A stretch of DNA of 64,000 bases from Lingula anatina. Its lineage: Eukaryota > Animalia > Brachiopoda. The number at the start of each line of letters is the position of its first letter. Position 1 is the stretch's first letter. Under the pieces are notes generated by a model. That model was not told where the DNA came from and searched no databases. It saw only the letters and a list, made by a program, of their open reading frames with translations. Location: assembly GCA_051362555.1 (NCBI GenBank), contig CM120647.1, positions 18,824,651 to 18,888,650 of the forward strand. Reading direction: 5' to 3'. Below, one piece after another: positions 12,291 through 64,000 of this stretch. Position numbers and translations under genes: made by a program.

Positions 12291-13829
12291 TGGTATATTC
12301 CCTGTTGATTTGAGCATCGAAATCTTTCAAACAAATGAAATCTACAAACATCATCATGTTTTTAAATGAAATTTCGATGCCTACTTGGTGATTGAGAAAA
12401 CGGATGATTCACTGTGTGTGGATTAAGTTGTCAGAACTTTGAACCCGCGTGAAAGTGTCGTTGACTGACGAGTCCCTTTCGTTTTCGTTTTCAGAGAGAC
12501 CTGAAGGTAGAGAGTATAGGAAAGGACACTTGTAATATTCGGAGCGATGTCTATATTTGGGGCAATATGTACCATTCCCTTGCCGGAGACGGCCAAGAGG
12601 GATTTACCAGAAACAATTGCAGATGCTGAAAAATTTCCCCTGTAAGTTTTGATAATACTGAAGATATAGATTAGAGGCTAAATTGCCAATTTCGACCGCA
12701 GGTTTCGTTTTACAATTAAACAATAAGAAGAGAGAGAGAGAAAATAAAAAGAAGAACGGAATTAAAGAAATGTTTATAATAAACATCTATTGTGAAATAT
12801 TAATCGTATCCTAAAACAGTAAACTTGATTGCGTACGTGGTAAGACAGCTATGTGACTAAGTCATGTGTCATTTATATGATGAAGAGGCTTTAATGGATT
12901 GTCAAAATGCCATGGATAGAAAAAACGTGGAGTGTCTTATGAAACGATTTATTTTAAAACTTTTTTTTTTTGTTTTTTTAGGGGATTAAAATGCACAGCT
13001 GACGATTCTGAATATCAAAAGCCACCCTTGGTTGATGAAATCACACGAGTTTGACGTAACGCTGTACGACGTACTCATACAAATAATTATTAAGTTATCT
13101 ATGTGAAGAATTCCACAGCGCATGGAAGATCCGTACCTATCATAATTTTCACGATTTGCTGCCATCACGAAGTTTGTATCTTTCACACGTCATTGTTGTT
13201 TTCTGTTTTTTTTTCATACACCGTATTTGCGTTATCAATTGATTAACATTAAGCCAAAGTCCTGTGTGTGTGTCCGATTGATGCCGTATATCTTAGCCTC
13301 CGCGATTATTCATCGGTCACCCTATTCTATCAATATTGGTTTGGATTTGAATGGAACTGTTAAAATTTTCACGAAAAATTCATGTCTTGCGACCAGTCAA
13401 CATCACAAAAATGACATTTAATAATGGTGTCACAGTTGGTATACAAAGTCTCAAGAGTCTGTCCAATTGAATGTACAAGTCTAAACATTCAAAATACTCT
13501 CACGATACTCGGCATACAAAAGAGTCTTGCGAAACTTGCTGTGAATACAAAGGGTTACGGCGGCGCGTCTTGTCACGTGGCCAAAAGAACGGGTACTATT
13601 TCATTTGCAAGCATTACAACGGAGAGGATATATAAACGTCAAATTTTGTTCTCTAATCAGTCACAAGCCTAAGGCGAATCTTGATTTGGAAATTATAAAT
13701 AAATATAATATACCCGATTCAATGTAACTGACAAGGTTTGCAATTATATTGTATATGTGCAGATCTAACGGCTGGATACGCAAACATGGTCATTGTCCAA
13801 GGAGGTTGGCTTAGCTATGTGGTCATTTG

Positions 13830-14000
13830 CCGGTGTGACAGGAATGGTAGTCCTAGGAATTGTACACCGGGATCCAATTTGATTACTACAGGTCAGGGTT
13901 AGTGGCAGTTTTGGGGTTAAATGTGAGATAAATGTCACCTTTACAAAGTCATGTGAAACGGACTAATGTTCCTAGAGGACTGCCATTCCTGAAACTCCGG
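13830..14000. mobile_element. non-autonomous element with about 30-bp imperfect TIRs
   Basis: ccggtgtgacaggaatggtagtcctaggaa pairs with ttcctagaggactgccattcctgaaactccgg. Second copy at about 30754-31026. Confidence 0.65.
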
Positions 14001-15409
14001 AGTCAAGCGGCAAATGTACATTATACAGATGTACAAGTGTGTGTCCATCACGGTCGACCCCCATGCACCGATGTCCTTTTGTTGCATAATACCTAAACGA
14101 TTTCCAGAGGCGGTTGGCAAAAGTCCGGCCAAATGCACTTTGATATGACGTCACTTGTGTTATGTTTAGATATATTCGCCCTTCAAGTTCCAATACATAA
14201 CATGTATCTTATTCGCGTGAAATCCATAGATCCAGCGGAAATTATGGATGATGTTTAGTGTATTTGCAATGCTCTGTTTTTTACTGGCTAGCTGTCACTG
14301 TCTCTCTATTCCCACCTTTTCTTCACCGAGGAGGGAGGGGGTCGGCTAGTGGTACATCTGCTCGTTCTTGAGATATCCTATACAGGGAGCGTTATCTTTG
14401 TTAAAGAGGCATATAAAGCACGCGCATATGCCAGATCATTACCGATTGTTTCTAACAATTGCAACGTACGGTGTAGGTTCTAATAAAGTTTAATAGAACT
14501 AAAAGGATTATATGAACCAAAGAGTTTTGTTACATTATTTCTCTAAAGTGGGAAACAGAACTACGATCACACAATTTATATTAAGTATTACTCTTGATAT
14601 TTGTAACACTTCTGTGAGATGGTTAATAATCATCGCCACATCTAAGTCGGTTGTTTTGTAAAACAGTCACAGTCTTTGGAATATACCATATATTTAAATA
14701 AACCGTTTGTCAATTGCTTAATAATTTTGTCAAAGCAAGACATATAAATTGTTTTATTTCTATTTAGGTTCTGAAGACATATATCTAGTCTTCGAAACAT
14801 CTTATATTTATAGGAAAGGTGTAAGATTTTCAGAAAAAGGTTTCTGATGCTTATGAAGTTGCAGCACCCTGGCGTACGTGTCCGAGGCTTACGTTAGAAG
14901 GGTCCTCTGTTATCAGGTTGTCTCGGAAACAAAATTCACAAAAAGGGCCTTACAATATACATGTATGTGCGAGAAACGACCGAAAACTTTGAAAGTGGAA
15001 GAAGCATATGGCATTTGTATATTGACGTAGGTCTGTTTATTTCGTACATAATTGACCAGTTTCTCGATTGACCCCGATGCGGGCTGTTATTCTTTTGAAT
15101 CTGAAATTATTTGATGGTCATTCTTACATGAGTCATTGACTCGTCAAACATCTAATGTCGTCAAAGGTTGATACATAATGTAACAGAAAAGTCGGATGGA
15201 ATGTGCAATGTTTAAGCAGAAATGGTCAAGTGTTTGTAATGCGAAATGTGTCGAACAAAACAAATCTAGAAGATCGAAACGTTCACACCGACTGCCCTTC
15301 ATGAATTCATAAATATTTGCACAGAAAATATTTTCCAAATAAATCCAGGTGGCAGTCGCTACGAGATAACTGCGGTTCACGCAAGCTGTGGCAATTGGAG
15401 ATCCTGTGT

Positions 15410-15416
15410 TATAAAA
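15410..15416 (+). promoter_or_regulatory. TATA box of SRCR-LCCL gene A
   Basis: TATAAAA 95 nt upstream of the ATG and about 30 nt before an initiator-like ccagtt. The paralog has TACATAA 94 nt upstream of its ATG. Confidence 0.6.
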
Positions 15417-15504
15417 AGCGCGGCAAATGGAGTTGGTCGCCAGTTAGCGTTCTGCGCGGCATCTTTCAGAAGAACTTCTGTTGGTCCCTCCAAGCAGGAG
15501 AAAG

Positions 15505-31503
<15,999 letters not shown>

Positions 31504-32585
31504 ACTGGACAATGAACAAACACAGTGGGAAAACAAGAAACACGTTACGACAGGCACTTAAGGGCATACTGGTACATCCAGATAGACGCTGTCATGATTC
31601 CCTCGATTATATTTAAGGACGCATTGCTATATGTTTTATGGGGTCTTACGTGGTTCTATGATTAACGTATACCATGACACTCAATATTCTTCTATTTTCT
31701 TTCTCAGTGTGACTGGCAAAGTATCACGGTCACATTCTGTTAAAGTAGACGGCTTCCCTCTGGTTCAAGCAATTCCATTTTCCGAACACAATCTATGTTG
31801 AGGGCGGGGTCTACTACTAGTATCCACTGTGACTGAGTTGCACGCGTGACTTAGGAAACAATCTTTGATGAGCAATGACTTTTTCATTTCGCGAAGTTAA
31901 TTATATAAGCATCTAAGCTGTTCCCCACGACGTACGCTTTATAGTGGTATACATTGACAGTTTTACTGTATTGGGAATTAATGGCATATCATGTTATTGT
32001 TATCTTTCCATGTGGAGGTTGTTTTGGTTTTTTAAATGATTAATTTCTTCTTATGAAACGGTTTACGAACAAAAATAAATTATGTCTCAAACATGCTCTC
32101 GAGTTTCGAGTAGTACATTTGGCAATCGCTACATTTCTGACGCATAGACACGCACGTACTAACGCACGTACACGTACACACATGCACGCACGCTCAAACA
32201 CACCCACAAACACACTGAAAGGCTAAATTAAAGGCCGTTTAGCACTAACAAATGTATAAACCTAACCAGTGGATATATTCTTTTACATCGATTTAACTAA
32301 ATAACGTTTATAATCGTGCTGTATAAAGGGCAGTTTTAGCAGTTTAACTTGTAGTTGGTTGGTATGAACCACTTATCCAGAACATACTGTATTTGGAAAT
32401 GGCATTTTGCACAATATAGAATGTTGCTATAAACAAAATAAAGGCCGAGTCCCAAAACACATTTTTTTACTGTCTGCACACAATCTCTGAAATGGTTGTC
32501 ATGATTTTTAAAGGAAATACAATAAGAACCTAGTCTTTCACACTTAAGGAGTGATTTTTTCATACTCTGGAGCAAGATCGTCATG

Positions 32586-32586
<1 letters not shown>

Positions 32587-32657
<71 letters not shown>
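32587..32657. repeat. (TA)n microsatellite
   Basis: Direct reading; source of the YIYIYI pseudo-ORFs. Confidence 0.95.
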
Positions 32658-32660
<3 letters not shown>

Positions 32661-34164
32661 GGGTAGGGGCGGGGTAGCTTCATTGCACCAAAACGTCCAG
32701 ATTGAATGTTTCTCCACAGAGGCTCATACGTAGACTTTGTACACTTTTTAGAAGCCCCTGATATAAGAAGGTATATATCTAAAAGCACCACACAAATTCT
32801 GTTTTATAACCATGGATGTGCACAAGAGTGCTCTTCTACTAAAAGAACTGAACTATTCATTGAATATCCAATCACAGTGGAAGCAGCTGTTATAACAGTT
32901 TACTTAGGGAACTAACTGCGTTTTCTTTAGCTCCTGTTCACCATAGTGTCACAGTCAGCAGTAACGCTATGTATACAGGTATACAAATTAAAAGAGGGAT
33001 CACACTTATCACCACAAGCGAGGTAGTTCTAACTGCAACAAATCCAACGTTTGGGAAGGGTCTGCCCCCACACTATTCACCTACGTTGAGAAGGTTTATT
33101 ACAGCACGTAAAACTTTTATAAAGTTTCACACACAGTTGTTGGACTGTTACTTTCACAAAGTCAGACTTCTTTGTTGAAACGTAACGTTGCCAATGATAA
33201 TTTATTGAACTGTATCCATGCTACAAGCGATATAATCATTCAAATTACCCTGTAATGAGCGCGAACCGACCTTTTCTTTAAGACTGTCGATGGACTCTTT
33301 TATCCAGAATTTTATTCATATCTACAGAAAGCCCCCACCCCTCGAACCGATTCTTTTCTTCTGGACTTTCTACTCTCTTATCATTTTTTTATTCCATCCT
33401 TTCACACAGCCCCACCTCCCCGTTTTCTTACGGAGCACCTTGTACAACTCGGTCAATCAAAATTACCCGAAATGTAGGTAGGACACACCTTGGAGATAAG
33501 GGAAACTTCGCGAAAATTCCAAGATTTGTTTGTGGGATGTTAAGTTCTAATGCAGTGTCTATGCCCTTAACATCAGTAGATCTATAAAAAAAAGTTTAGC
33601 AGCTCTGTCATGCATAGCATATCTCCAAAACATTGACAAGTGATGCATGTTTCATTCAACTGTTGGAGCCATATGGTGTGCGTGTTTGCAAAATTTACAA
33701 AGAACCGGTTTCATTTTGAATAGTTTGACCCAAGGTCGTATGACTGGTGTTTGCGTTTTTTTTCAACGGAATGGCACATGTTGAAATAGTCACTGTTCAA
33801 ATAGCCAATAACGTCAAGATATAATGTATAATGCAGGGGCTTTCGTAATTAACCGTAATCTAAATTCTGCCAATTTAAGATAATGCGGGTTAAATGTTTA
33901 TTATATCAAATATTCCCAATATACAAACATGAAAACACACGGTATGTGTGTATAAGCATTTTCAAACATTCATTGATACGTGTAAAAGAATTGTTCAAAT
34001 AATTACATACGGTGGTTGGTAAAATACAAGCTTTTGTCGACACAAGATGTTGCACTTGGTGACAGTCAGATACATAAGGGAGGCCAGGGGACGTTCTCGT
34101 CAATCTGTCATCGCATCGGGCTCTTCAGAAAAACTTCCTGTCGTTGATTCCAATAGGGAGAAAG

Positions 34165-56784
<22,620 letters not shown>

Positions 56785-57954
56785 ATCGCCCGAGGTACAG
56801 ACGTAACGGACACGGCACCAAATGTTTTACGATTAAGTACAAAAGGACTTGCGCAAGGACACTTAAATATTTCCGTGGGTTAGGACTTACATTTATGATC
56901 TGCATTGGGTCCTTCGTGGTTTCTACCAGAAATGTAGTCACTGGCTTTGTAAGTAAATGTTTTCACTGGCGCCTAAGGACTATAATGGTTCTGGTATAGT
57001 AGACAACTTTACAACGGTTCTTAGAGTCTTCAGCATCGATAACATTTAATAATTTCATTTATGTTTAATACTTTCTAAAATGGAAGATATGGGAAATGAC
57101 TATAATATAGCGGCACTTGCTGTGATGCATTGAAGCAATCCACATTTAACAGGAATCCTTTAATTCGGTTGTTATTATATATTATCTATTATTGTATTAT
57201 TATATATTCTAAATGGTGTTTACAACTTATGAGGTGGTGTGTAATTTAACGTCATTTCCGTGTAACAGGGGTTTTTGACTTCATGGAACTATCTTTAAAT
57301 GTTGAGGCTATTAAATTTCACTTTTTGTCAGCTTATGAAATGTTACTTCGGCACTAATAAACTTTGCTTGAGCAAGAACGAGAGTTTTGCGTTGGCATTT
57401 GCATAACAAAGCGGGATACGGGGCACACACCCCAATAACACCTACCGTATAATGAAAATAAAGCGCGTTTATATGTGGAGAATATTAAAAAAAGAATGTA
57501 CGAGAGAGAGAGAGAGAGAGATGTGGCTGGAAATGGCAAATTGCAGCATCCATATATCTTAAAAAAAGATCAACACATCTTTTCTTTGCAACCCATATAT
57601 TTCTTTTCTCAGCACTCGTGTTTCTAAACATATACACATAAACATATATATGTGTAAATAACCATATAGCCCAGAATACCCTAAATTCAAGATGAACGTG
57701 CAGCCACACATATAAACTAAAAGTAAATTCACTTCGAAATGTTTACAGCTGAATCCTAAGGATCCCATTCCAATGCTTTGTATTCTCGATATCCTAACTT
57801 CGCTTGATTATCACAGATATATAGATAACTAAGTAGTAAACTATGTCAACCCTTCACCGCTGCTTGGAAAATCACACAATTTATTTAGAAATGGAAAGCG
57901 TGGGGACTACGATTCGACCCCTAGAGTAACAGCACGACCCACCAGCACGATGCT

Positions 57955-57980
57955 TTAAGGGATAACAACTGTTCATTTTG

Positions 57981-58022
<42 letters not shown>

Positions 58023-58302
58023 CCTGAGGTATTCGAATACATTCCCGTACTTACCAATAGTTGATAAATTCATTCCGACATTCGAAGTTAGTCCCTGATG
58101 TTTTTGCTAAAACTTTATATTTGTAATAATCTCTTAAAGAGGGTGGCCATCTATGGAGGTTAAGTGGTCCGATGGCAAGCACAGATCCCAGAATAATTGC
58201 AATAACCGCCATTTTGCTGGTAAAATAGAATTTATTATTATATTCTGTAAGTTGTACTTATTGTGAAATATGAATCTCATACGAAGAGTTGTTATCCCTT
58301 TC
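57955..58302. mobile_element. TTAA-ended non-autonomous DNA element (Kolobok-like MITE)
   Basis: TIR aagggataacaact / agttgttatccctt; homologous to 39544-39862. Confidence 0.72.
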
Positions 58303-58785
58303 ACATCTGAGATTGAATAATATAAGTGGCCATAGCTGTTGGTGTTGCATGTGGAGATTCCCTCAACCTTTTTATTAAATACGGCCAGCGCTTGCATTCT
58401 GTTAAATCATTCCATTGTCACAGAGAAAAATAAGTGGAACAATAACGGTTTCTTATCACAGTGAAATAAAACGCAAACGGTTGCGATTTAGGATTCAAGT
58501 TGGACTTCTTGTCTGGAAACAATGAGTGCCATAAAAACAATTCGGTTCATAAATCATTGTCCTTGACTTGCGTGTGTCTTAAATCGGTAACCTTCACCTT
58601 AAATTACAAACGATCAGTTTTCCCGAAGAACGCATGCGCAGGACCACAGTGTTGCTCTGTCAATAACTGCTTCCATCGAAAATCCCCTATGTTTGCACGG
58701 CCACATCAAGAAAACTGAAAATTTGTTGAAATTAAAGGTAGTTAAACGCATCTACTTGTCCTCCTTCAAGCGGTTCACTTAGGTT

Positions 58786-60408
58786 TTAAAATAAATGAAA
58801 GCACTTCAGCTTTTTCTTCCACTTTTTCTTTGCTTTGGAGCCGTGTTCGGTACACTGATCGGAAAGGCTCTTCAAGACGGTGCAGGCCCCTAGGTTTGCC
58901 GTCGATTTCCCGTGCCCTATCCCCGAACAGTAAGCGTACTCACAGGCACCGATATAACCGCCATAGTTGATGCCATCTTCCTCCAGAACAGGGCGACAGC
59001 TCTTAAAACTTTTCTTCAGAGGTTTTCTGTTATCGAGATCGCACATCTTCTGAGCTTGTTGGAGCTGGTCGTCAGTACACGTGTTTGCAGTGTATGGACT
59101 GTTGGCTAAAGTCTCTTCGCATCTACGCAAAACACAAAAAGATAAACGATATAAAAAGAGACTAATATAACGGAAACCGGAAGTGTGAAAGAAAGTATAT
59201 CATGTAATATATAAAATCACTGTATTGTCGTCATGTTGCTAATGACAAGTCCCAAAGCGGCGTTTCACCTCTTTTAATATGGTATTGGGCTTGTCCAATT
59301 ATTGTTCATTTATGATTAAAACATGAAGTGTTACTAGAAACCACTTTGAATGTGGATGTATGGGTTGTGAGTTCTATAAACTGACAATGAAGAAGCACAA
59401 CAATATTAACCAGAGGACATGTACTTACAGAAGCAGCCAATGTGAAATAGAATAAAACTAAATAAATTGAAATGAAATAAACGAAATGAACGAAACGAAA
59501 TCAAATCATATTAAAATGAAATAAATTAAAATATAATAAAATAAAATGATATGAAATGAAACGAAATAAAATGAAATGAAATAAAATACAATAAAATGAA
59601 ATAAAACAAAATAAAATAAAGTGGAAAGGATATAACTAAAAGATATTAATGGGAATAATATATAATATATGAAAAAGAATGTGATATAATAAACTATGTT
59701 ATTAATAGTCCTGGTAAGAGACTCGGAGTAAACTGGCTTTTTGTAATCACTTCTTTCACTTCAAGATAGCTGCTTATCGTAAAAAAATCATATCAAGGTA
59801 CACTCCCTGGATTTGAAAAGAGAAGTTTAAAACGTCGCCATTCATACAAAAAACACTGATCCTTTATTACATTAGGGTGTGGCGGTAATCGAATCATTGT
59901 TTTATTTACTTGTCATCCGTATTCGTACTTCGTTATTTTCGAAACCTCGGGAAGGACACGTTTATTACTGCCACTTACTCTTGCAGGTCCAGCTCGGGGT
60001 CATGCTGGTGAAGACTATCGGCTATAAGAGCGTCCCTGATGGGTTGACTCAGGTTCTCGACTATCGTGCCGTCCTTGGTGGCGTAGTCGTCGTGGGGGTT
60101 GTCATTCCAGTTCCCACAGAGGCCGCACAGTCCCGCGTTTTTATACCAAGGTGGGATGTCGGCGATGACGTCACCCCGCTCGTTGCGCGTGATGTCCAAG
60201 GTGACTTTAAAGCCCAAGTCAGTCATGAATACCAAGCGTTCCATGCCCCCCTCAGAGTGTTTGTTAACTATGATGCGCTTAGACTCGTAAGGGAGGTCGC
60301 CATCATGGATAACTTGCCCATCGACCTGAAGGATAGAAACAGCGTCATAGGCTCTCTCTCTCTCATCATTTTTAGCTTGAATAATCTGTTTTTTTTTTTT
60401 TTGTGTGT

Positions 60409-60439
<31 letters not shown>

Positions 60440-61128
60440 GGGTTAGTGTCGATGGTTGTGTCAACTGAACATGTTGTGTGGAAGGCGTATACGCCTACCA
60501 GTATTCTAGATGACTCTTCTTGGAACTACTAGTATGCGCAAAGTTGGTTATTAAACTTCATAACACAAAATGCTTAATTTTACGGCCGCCTGATATCAGC
60601 TCGACTGTTAACAAAAGTCAACTTAACAGGTCCGTACCTTCGTAAATACAATTTTACATCTGGATAATTGAAAATCGAGAAAGAAATTCCAACTTTGGGT
60701 GAAATTGTTATCTTCTCGGAAGTAAGTTGTCCTGTTGGTAAAGTAATGTTTTCTAAACACTAAATACTTCTTTTTGTCTCTGATATTACTATCCGGCGGT
60801 GGAAATGGCTGTTACTTCCAGGATAATTGTCTAGAGGACAACAATTTTATCCTATAAAACTGGGCCCTGAATTTCGAGTTACCTTAAAGTTTCCGGCAGT
60901 ATCCATGTAAATGGTCCGCTTCCCAAAGTCCACCTTGACGGCCCTGGCGTAAGAAACGTCTTCTTGGTTGATGGGATGTTTGTTCTTTATCAAAATGCGA
61001 AAACTTGAAAAAGATGGCATTTTCATAATACGTTTATGTAACAATTCAGCATAGGAATGCATACAATTTCTGTTGGAGCATTGTACATTTTAATACACAT
61101 TTATGAAAAATGGATTTATTGATAAATG

Positions 61129-61183
<55 letters not shown>

Positions 61184-61988
61184 ATTTAACGTATTATATC
61201 CTGACAAACTGCAATTTTCACAAGTTTTCTTGAGTTAAATGAAATGTAATAATAAAAGTAGCTTAAAACCAGAAAGTGTTGTTAACAATTAAGTCATTCA
61301 AATGGCTTTCAACTTCAGTATGATTCACGACGATGCTCTTAGACCAAATCATAGCTAATGAAAAAGAACCTCACCCGATGAATCGATCATCCTTTGAGCC
61401 ATGAGAACACGTGCTTGCTAAGTTATACGCGCATGCGCCCTGGTATTGAAGGGTGACGCCATCACAGGTATGGTAGTGCGGATCTCCCGTTGCCTTGCAT
61501 TCACACCCGCCCCCTGAGATTGATATAGAGTACTTTAAATGTGCATAAATTATACCCAAATGAACATAGTGCAATGTTAGGTAACATAAACGAGTGACAT
61601 TTTAGAGAAGGAATTGAGAAACAAAAGTTTATACTACAAGTGAAAATACTATGTTCTCCCTTTTGGATTCATACGTGTGCATTCTCTAATGAAAAAAATA
61701 ACACACACACATACGCACGAGCGCGAACACACACACATGAACACGCACGCACATATCTGTATAAGGCACAAACGCACGCAGACACAAAAGAAGCCATATG
61801 ATGTACCAGCAAAATCAGCTGCTAGTGACATTAGCACACACACACGCGCGCGTGCCCGCATAAGCACAGGCACAAATTCCTTCAATCGCTTGAAAATGAT
61901 TTTGTACAAGAATGTACTTACCGAAGCCATAGACGGTCCGTGCAAAGACGAAAAGAAGCAGAAAAGCATTTGATCCCCAAGCGCGCAT
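58786..61988 (-). CDS. small secreted VWD-C8 protein (FCGBP/mucin/zonadhesin-like D module), about 336 aa
   Basis: Minus-strand exons 61988-61922 (MRAWGSNAFLLLFVFARTVYGF, signal peptide), 61513-61375 (CECKATGDPHYHTCDG..YQGACAYNL), 61003-60883, 60325-59979 (GLCGLCGNWNDNPHDD) and 59122-58786 (C8-like F.SC..Y..AC.Y.YC..C..L......C). Phases are consistent and the sum is 1011 nt. An acceptor at 61992-61993 implies an upstream non-coding exon. Confidence 0.88.
59446..59620. repeat. degenerate (AAATG/AAATA)n pentanucleotide repeat
   Basis: Direct reading; intron of the VWD gene. Confidence 0.85.
61132..61181. repeat. (AAT)n microsatellite
   Basis: Direct reading. Confidence 0.95.
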
Positions 61989-64000
61989 TTTCTGCAATAG
62001 CAATAATTCACTATACGCAAATTTCGAAACAATATATAATTAAACTTAAACAAATATATCGTAAGCTTAAACAAATGTAGAATATAATCTTTATCTTGAT
62101 GTCCATGGTATTAACAGTCGATCTAATGACTTTTGATACATATGTAATACTAGGGATTCGTGGTGCGCTCTTCATCATTATATACTAATTATTATTTTTT
62201 AATTTGAGATATTTGCATCCTGCTTTGAATCGGCGGTTGCATACATATTTATGCCTCCTAGTATTTTACAAATGAGCATATGAAATAAAATATGTTATTG
62301 CTGAATCACAGATTCAGATGTTCAGAAGAAAAGAAATTAGACTAGCTGTACCCCGAAGGGGGCACTGTTTATGCAGGCAAGGTGGGTCACATGGGGTATC
62401 GTTCTCCACCTTACTTCGTTCAGCAAGTTAAATGTACCAGATGTGACATTTTAAAAATTGAGGGTACAGACATTTGAAAATAAGTTGGTTTTGTCTCTTT
62501 TTTTCAAGTATTCATATTTTATTATATTTTGGAGGTGGGGAGGGGGGGGGGTAGGAGGGAAGAAGAGAAGACAGGAGTATTTCCAAATCTCGGGGGCACT
62601 TCGTGTGCCCACCCCTGGGTTTGCAATTGGTTCAGTAATGTGGAAAAGTAGCATACACGTACCTTTGTTTTGTAGTTGTTTTTTTTTCTGTTTTGAAGGT
62701 TGGCATTCGGTGATTATTCCTAAATCCGAAATAAACACCACAAATGATGTTAATAAAGTTCAGCGTTGCATTCTGTCAGCATGCTATCGTCTCATTATGT
62801 GTCAAGCGTATCGAATGTTAGTGACTCATTGAATTTTCTATGAAATTAAAAGCTGCCGTTTCCCACTCCTCAATAAAGTTATTGACGATAAGCGCAATTA
62901 TGTTTTTTTCTATCTATTTCATTTTTTATAACGTATCTTATACGCAGAGAAGCTGTTACTTTTCATAAAAATCATATTACTATATCCTTCCAATCAATAC
63001 CGGTGCAACGCAAATAATTTAAAATCTGGCACCAAGTGCATTTCAACCGTCCTAAAGCAAACCTGATGAAAAGAATGCATTCAAAAAAGGCATGTACTCA
63101 GTACGTTTTATTACATATAACAAAATGGAAAAACCTACATGTAAATACTTTTTTAAGTTGTTATACAGGTATGTAGGTAACAAAAGACACAATGATAAAT
63201 AAACGACCGTTCTTTTTAATATTTGGCCAAACGTTTTACCACCGCCTCACCGGAGGTGTTCATTTTGAATGTAAATTTATCGCTGTTATTTAGATCTGCA
63301 AAAGAAGTGTTTCTGTTGTGTTCCATTTATAAGAGAAGTATTCTGTGAAAGACGAATTTATGGGCAAACAATGAAAAAATGCTCTCTTTATCCTGTGTAA
63401 ATGCATATTACATTAACATTTGCATAGATATGATGTAATTACTTTATGAGTCTCATATTCTGGAGGGAGAATGGGGCAACTTAACGACAAATAATTTGCG
63501 AAAAGGTGGAGTTTTAAAGTCATTTTTTTCCACTGCCAAACACATTCTGTAAATGGTTGAAACACTTGGTATAGTTTGCACACTATACTGTATTACAAAT
63601 GATGCATATATGAAGATAAACGGAAACGGCATGAAAAGAAATATACCGAATGCTTCAAAATAGTTATTAAACTGAAACGTAATTCATTTCTTATGCATTA
63701 GAAATAGATGTAATTTGGATCAGCCTTGTCTTTTACAGACCAAATCGTCGTTTAAAAGTGATTTTTAACACTCTAGAAGCACTAACAGAAAAGCCAAGGA
63801 CCAAGCCTGTATGGCTACCTCGAAGGTTGCCATAATGAGACACCGTGCCTTAATGTTCAAACTCTTTAAATTTGGAAACAACAGAAATATGCTTTAACGC
63901 TTTCATAGCATTTTTAAATTTCATAGCATTCTTAAAAGACAAAACGCCCGTTATATATTTTAATGACGTTATAGTACCATAAAACCTGCAAACCACAGTA

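Larger units (their letters stand above)
7804..13054 (+). pseudogene. SLC22-family organic cation transporter-like gene (MFS), disrupted
   Basis: Exons 7804-7991, 8559-8754, 9005-9108 (104 nt), 9417-9571 (155 nt), 10124-10294, 10617-10830, 11394-11617, 11814-11998, 12495-12641 and 12982-13054. Family motifs: FDDIL..IGEFGTFQ, C.EWVFD, GSISD.LGRR, RDWRHLQ, PESPRWL, DKFGRK, EIFPTVIRN, LPET. Lesions: 1-nt deletion at about 10135, in-frame TAA at 10275-10277, frameshift at about 10750 and frameshift at about 12527. Confidence 0.85.

Noticed and set aside
32336-32791. 151-aa ORF and other low-complexity ORFs (YIYI, FFFF, KKKK, SLSL)
   Set aside because: They are translations of microsatellites and homopolymer runs.
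33495-33850. NF-kB-like sites upstream of gene B (gggaaacttc, ggggctttcg)
   Set aside because: They are imperfect matches to GGGRNYYYCC and are not seen at equivalent positions upstream of gene A.
59879-60532. 217-aa plus-strand ORF
   Set aside because: It is antisense to the VWD exon 60325-59979 and runs into simple repeats, with no recognisable protein features.

Overview
AT-rich, intron-containing animal genomic DNA, most likely from a marine invertebrate (taxon not determinable from the sequence). Most entries in the ORF track are spurious or single exons, so I spliced the genes by hand. Five gene models: (1) the 3' end of a gene with Cys-enriched thrombospondin type-1 repeats and an unrecognised C-terminal domain (1-2440, +); (2) an SLC22 organic-cation-transporter-like gene with frameshifts and an in-frame stop, probably a pseudogene (7804-13054, +); (3, 4) two tandem paralogous genes (15505-31503 and 34165-56784, +), each encoding a secreted protein of about 1600 aa: signal peptide, basic propeptide, 12 group-A SRCR domains with Thr/Pro linkers, EGF, calcium-binding EGF, a truncated EGF-like segment and a C-terminal LCCL domain; (5) a convergent, small secreted VWD(GDPH)-C8 protein with a Lys-rich tail (58786-61988, -). 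Also present are a 5'-truncated L2/CR1-group LINE in an intron of the second SRCR gene, a tRNA-derived SINE, several MITE or Helentron-like elements and microsatellites. The best candidate for an undescribed system is the SRCR12-EGF-LCCL pair, with half-domain exon modules and signs of exon-restricted gene conversion, next to a minimal FCGBP-like cross-linker. This may be a mucosal or immune agglutinin module (inference). All coordinates and lengths are hand-counted.
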